17,907 bases of DNA from Saprospiraceae bacterium (lineage in GTDB: Bacteria; Bacteroidota; Bacteroidia; Chitinophagales; Saprospiraceae), in contig JBGTQJ010000047.1 of assembly GCA_041941305.1 (NCBI GenBank), positions 51,917 through 69,823 on the forward strand, in the 5' to 3' direction. The notes under the pieces were generated by a model, which worked only from the letters and a program-made list of their open reading frames with translations, was not told the origin of the DNA and ran no database searches. Shown one piece after another: positions 15,523 to 17,907 of the stretch (position 1 is the first letter of the stretch; the number at the start of each line of letters is the position of its first letter). The position numbers and the translations under genes were made by a program.

Positions 15523-17814
15523 ATGAAAGCCATAACCTGTCTTCTTCTTTCGTTTCTGACCTTTTCTATTTTTTCACAACAATTAAACTTTGGTACTAAA
15601 TGGGCAGTGGTAGTTGGTGTTTCAGATTATCAATATGAAGAAATTCCAGATCTTGAATATGCTCATAAAGATGCTGAAGCTTTTTCCGCATTCCTAAGAA
15701 CCGAAGCTGGTGGAAATATTCCTGAAGAAAATATTAAATTATTAACCGAAGAAAAAGCAACTAATGGTCAATTTATTATAGCCTTAGATTGGTTGTTAGA
15801 TGTAAGCAGGGAAGGGGATGAAGTCCTTATTTATTTTAGTGGACATGGAGATGTAGAAAAAAAATTATTGAATCAGCCGGGGTATTTGTTGTTATGGGAT
15901 TCTCCTCCTCGTAGTTATATGCTGGGAGCCATGTCGATTTATAATTTACAGCAAGTGATAAGTACTCTTTCACTTGTTAATAAAGCTAAGGTTATCATAG
16001 TTTCCGATGCTTGTAGGTCTGGGAAATTGGCTGGTAGTGATCAAAATGGACCGCAGATAACTAATGCCAATTTGTCAAAACAATTTGCAAACGAAATCAA
16101 AATCCTTTCTTGTCAGCCAGATGAATTCAGTGTGGAAGGGAAAGAATGGGGCGGAGGTCGAGGAGCCTTTAGCTATCATTTGGTGGATGGGCTCTATGGT
16201 CTTGCCGATAATAACTCAGATTCTGAGGTCAACCTTTTGGAAATTGGGAGATACCTTGAAGATCATGTTACTCCACAGGTTGCCCCCATTTCTCAAAATC
16301 CAATGACACTTGGGAATAAAACGGAAAAAATTTCTATTGTAAATGAGGAATTATTAGCGTCGAGAAAAAAACAGACTCCATCCCTTTCACAAATTGGTAA
16401 AAAAGGCTTTGATGATGAAATTTTGGCAAATGTGGATACTGCTGTTGTTGAACTTTATCATGCTTTTCAAAAGACTTTGGAAAACAAGCAATTTTTCAGT
16501 CCTGCCAATACTTGTGCAGATACCCTGTATGCTCAACTTAGTACAATTGAGGAATTGAAACCACTCCAAAACTATATGCGGCGAAATTACGCAGCTGCTC
16601 TTCAGGATGATGCGCAACAAATGATCAACCGAATGGTAATTGAACCGGAAAAAGAAATGAGGACCTGGTATTCGCCCCGCAATTGCAAACGAGTTTATGG
16701 CCCATACCCCAGGATGTTGGAACGGGCAGCTGAATTATTGGGAAAGGACCACTATATGTACAATATTCTACAGGCGCGCAAATATTTTATTGAAGGAGGC
16801 ATTCAATCCTTACAAAGCTTTATTTGGGGCTATAGCAAAAATGGAGCATTGGCATTGGAAAAATTCAGACAATCCTTAAAATGGCAACCTGATGCAGCTC
16901 ATACCTATTTGTGGATGGGAATGAATTTTGGAGAAAATCTAAAAAATCCCGATTCTTCAAATCATTATTTGGACAAAGCCATTGATTTGAGTCCCACATG
17001 GTTATTGCCTTATTATTGGAAGGTTATTTTCTATTCAAAACGCAGGGAATTTGACAAGGCGAAAACAATTTTGGATAAAATAACCACTCTGGATAGCACA
17101 AATGTGATTGTTCACAACAGCTGGGGAAAGTGGTACATTTGGCAAAGCCGATATGAGGAATCCCTAAATGCTTACAATAAGGCTTTGTCTTTTGATTCAA
17201 GTTCCCTGACTGCAAAAATGTACAGAATGTGGGCTTTGGGATTTTTGGATAAAGAGGAAGAAGCCATTCGTGAATTTAATGAAGTGATGAAGCAGGATAC
17301 TACCATTCCTGTACCATATTACCATATGGGTCAAATGTTCTATAGAAAAAGAGACTACAAAAAAGCCATCCATTACTTATCCTCAACGCTTAGAACAAAT
17401 TCCGCCTTTTTACCGGCATTTTCCCTATTAGGGGATGCATTGATTCAGGAGAAACGTTTTGATGAAGCTGAACAAGTTTTGAAAAAAGGTTACAATGTGG
17501 ATTCAACATACATGCCCCTTCTCAATGCACTGGGAGGGGTTTATTTCAGCAAAAAAATATACGATAAGGCGGAATTCTATTACAAAAAAGCCATAGTCGA
17601 AGACGATGCTTTTATGGAACCTTATTACAATCTAGCCTGCGTTTATTCATTGACTTTGCAAATTGAAAATTCACTCACGTATTTGGAATCTGCAATTGAG
17701 AGGGGAATGAAGTTTTATAATTACATGCAAAAAGATGAATATTTAAAGAATCTGAGGGAACGGTCTGAGTTCCAGGATTTGATGAAGAAATATTTTCAGG
17801 ATAAGGTTAAGTGA
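15523..17814 (+). CDS. Secreted caspase-family (peptidase C14) protein fused to C-terminal TPR repeats
   Basis: Signal peptide MKAITCLLLSFLTFSIFSQQ. Caspase His/Cys dyad contexts YFSGHGD and IVSDACRSGK follow an AVVVGVSDY core beta-strand. The C-terminal ~350 aa are TPR-like (repeated Y/A/L helical pairs, e.g. AYNKALSFD, YYKKAIVED, YYNLACVY). Confidence 0.8.
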   Translation: MKAITCLLLSFLTFSIFSQQLNFGTKWAVVVGVSDYQYEEIPDLEYAHKDAEAFSAFLRTEAGGNIPEENIKLLTEEKATNGQFIIALDWLLDVSREGDEVLIYFSGHGDVEKKLLNQPGYLLLWDSPPRSYMLGAMSIYNLQQVISTLSLVNKAKVIIVSDACRSGKLAGSDQNGPQITNANLSKQFANEIKILSCQPDEFSVEGKEWGGGRGAFSYHLVDGLYGLADNNSDSEVNLLEIGRYLEDHVTPQVAPISQNPMTLGNKTEKISIVNEELLASRKKQTPSLSQIGKKGFDDEILANVDTAVVELYHAFQKTLENKQFFSPANTCADTLYAQLSTIEELKPLQNYMRRNYAAALQDDAQQMINRMVIEPEKEMRTWYSPRNCKRVYGPYPRMLERAAELLGKDHYMYNILQARKYFIEGGIQSLQSFIWGYSKNGALALEKFRQSLKWQPDAAHTYLWMGMNFGENLKNPDSSNHYLDKAIDLSPTWLLPYYWKVIFYSKRREFDKAKTILDKITTLDSTNVIVHNSWGKWYIWQSRYEESLNAYNKALSFDSSSLTAKMYRMWALGFLDKEEEAIREFNEVMKQDTTIPVPYYHMGQMFYRKRDYKKAIHYLSSTLRTNSAFLPAFSLLGDALIQEKRFDEAEQVLKKGYNVDSTYMPLLNALGGVYFSKKIYDKAEFYYKKAIVEDDAFMEPYYNLACVYSLTLQIENSLTYLESAIERGMKFYNYMQKDEYLKNLRERSEFQDLMKKYFQDKVK

Positions 17815-17907
17815 AAGAAGAGTTATTAAGACAAACTGCAGCGGTTCAACCGCGTATGTGTTTAGCGTGCTTTTTTAGTATTTTTTTGAAATTTATATCT
17901 TTGTTAA

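Noticed and set aside
17840-17890. Terminator after the caspase-TPR gene.
   Set aside because: Only a 4-bp GCGG/CCGC stem, with T-runs more than 15 nt downstream. This is too weak to call.

Overview
This 17.9-kb, low-GC (~38%) segment looks like Bacteroidota chromosome. Two secreted enzymes end in Por/T9SS C-terminal sorting domains. No gene is preceded by an obvious Shine-Dalgarno, and the few alternative start codons suggested fall in AT-rich leaders. I call ten protein genes from motif-level evidence in the translations. They are an LDH-like malate dehydrogenase, an M1 gluzincin peptidase with a downstream polytopic membrane protein, and a tiny lipoprotein followed by the thioredoxin-like YtxJ. 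They also include an MnmC-type (MnmD) tRNA methyltransferase and an SPFH/slipin protein with two extra N-terminal half-repeats. The rest are a YkgJ CxxCxxCC cysteine-cluster protein, a four-motif multicopper oxidase with a T9SS C-terminal domain, a GH13 alpha-amylase with tandem N-terminal beta-sandwich repeats and a T9SS C-terminal domain, and a signal-peptide-bearing caspase (C14)-TPR fusion. I see no rRNA, canonical tRNA, CRISPR array, transposase or integrase. The unusual part is non-coding. Two long ORF-poor stretches (5885-7351 and 8492-9498) and several GC-rich islands inside AT-rich spacers carry structure that the genes do not explain. These are: a tandem pair of hairpin elements with compensatory substitutions; a Fst/Ldr-like 38-aa hydrophobic ORF with its own intrinsic terminator; a perfect 14-bp inverted repeat; tRNA-like arms in non-canonical order; a long imperfect hairpin at the head of ykgJ; and a GC-rich inverted-repeat/terminator element lying antisense in the amylase-oxidase spacer. 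None of these can be named from sequence alone. They are candidates for undescribed small-RNA or small-protein loci and are listed with the searches and experiments that would test them.
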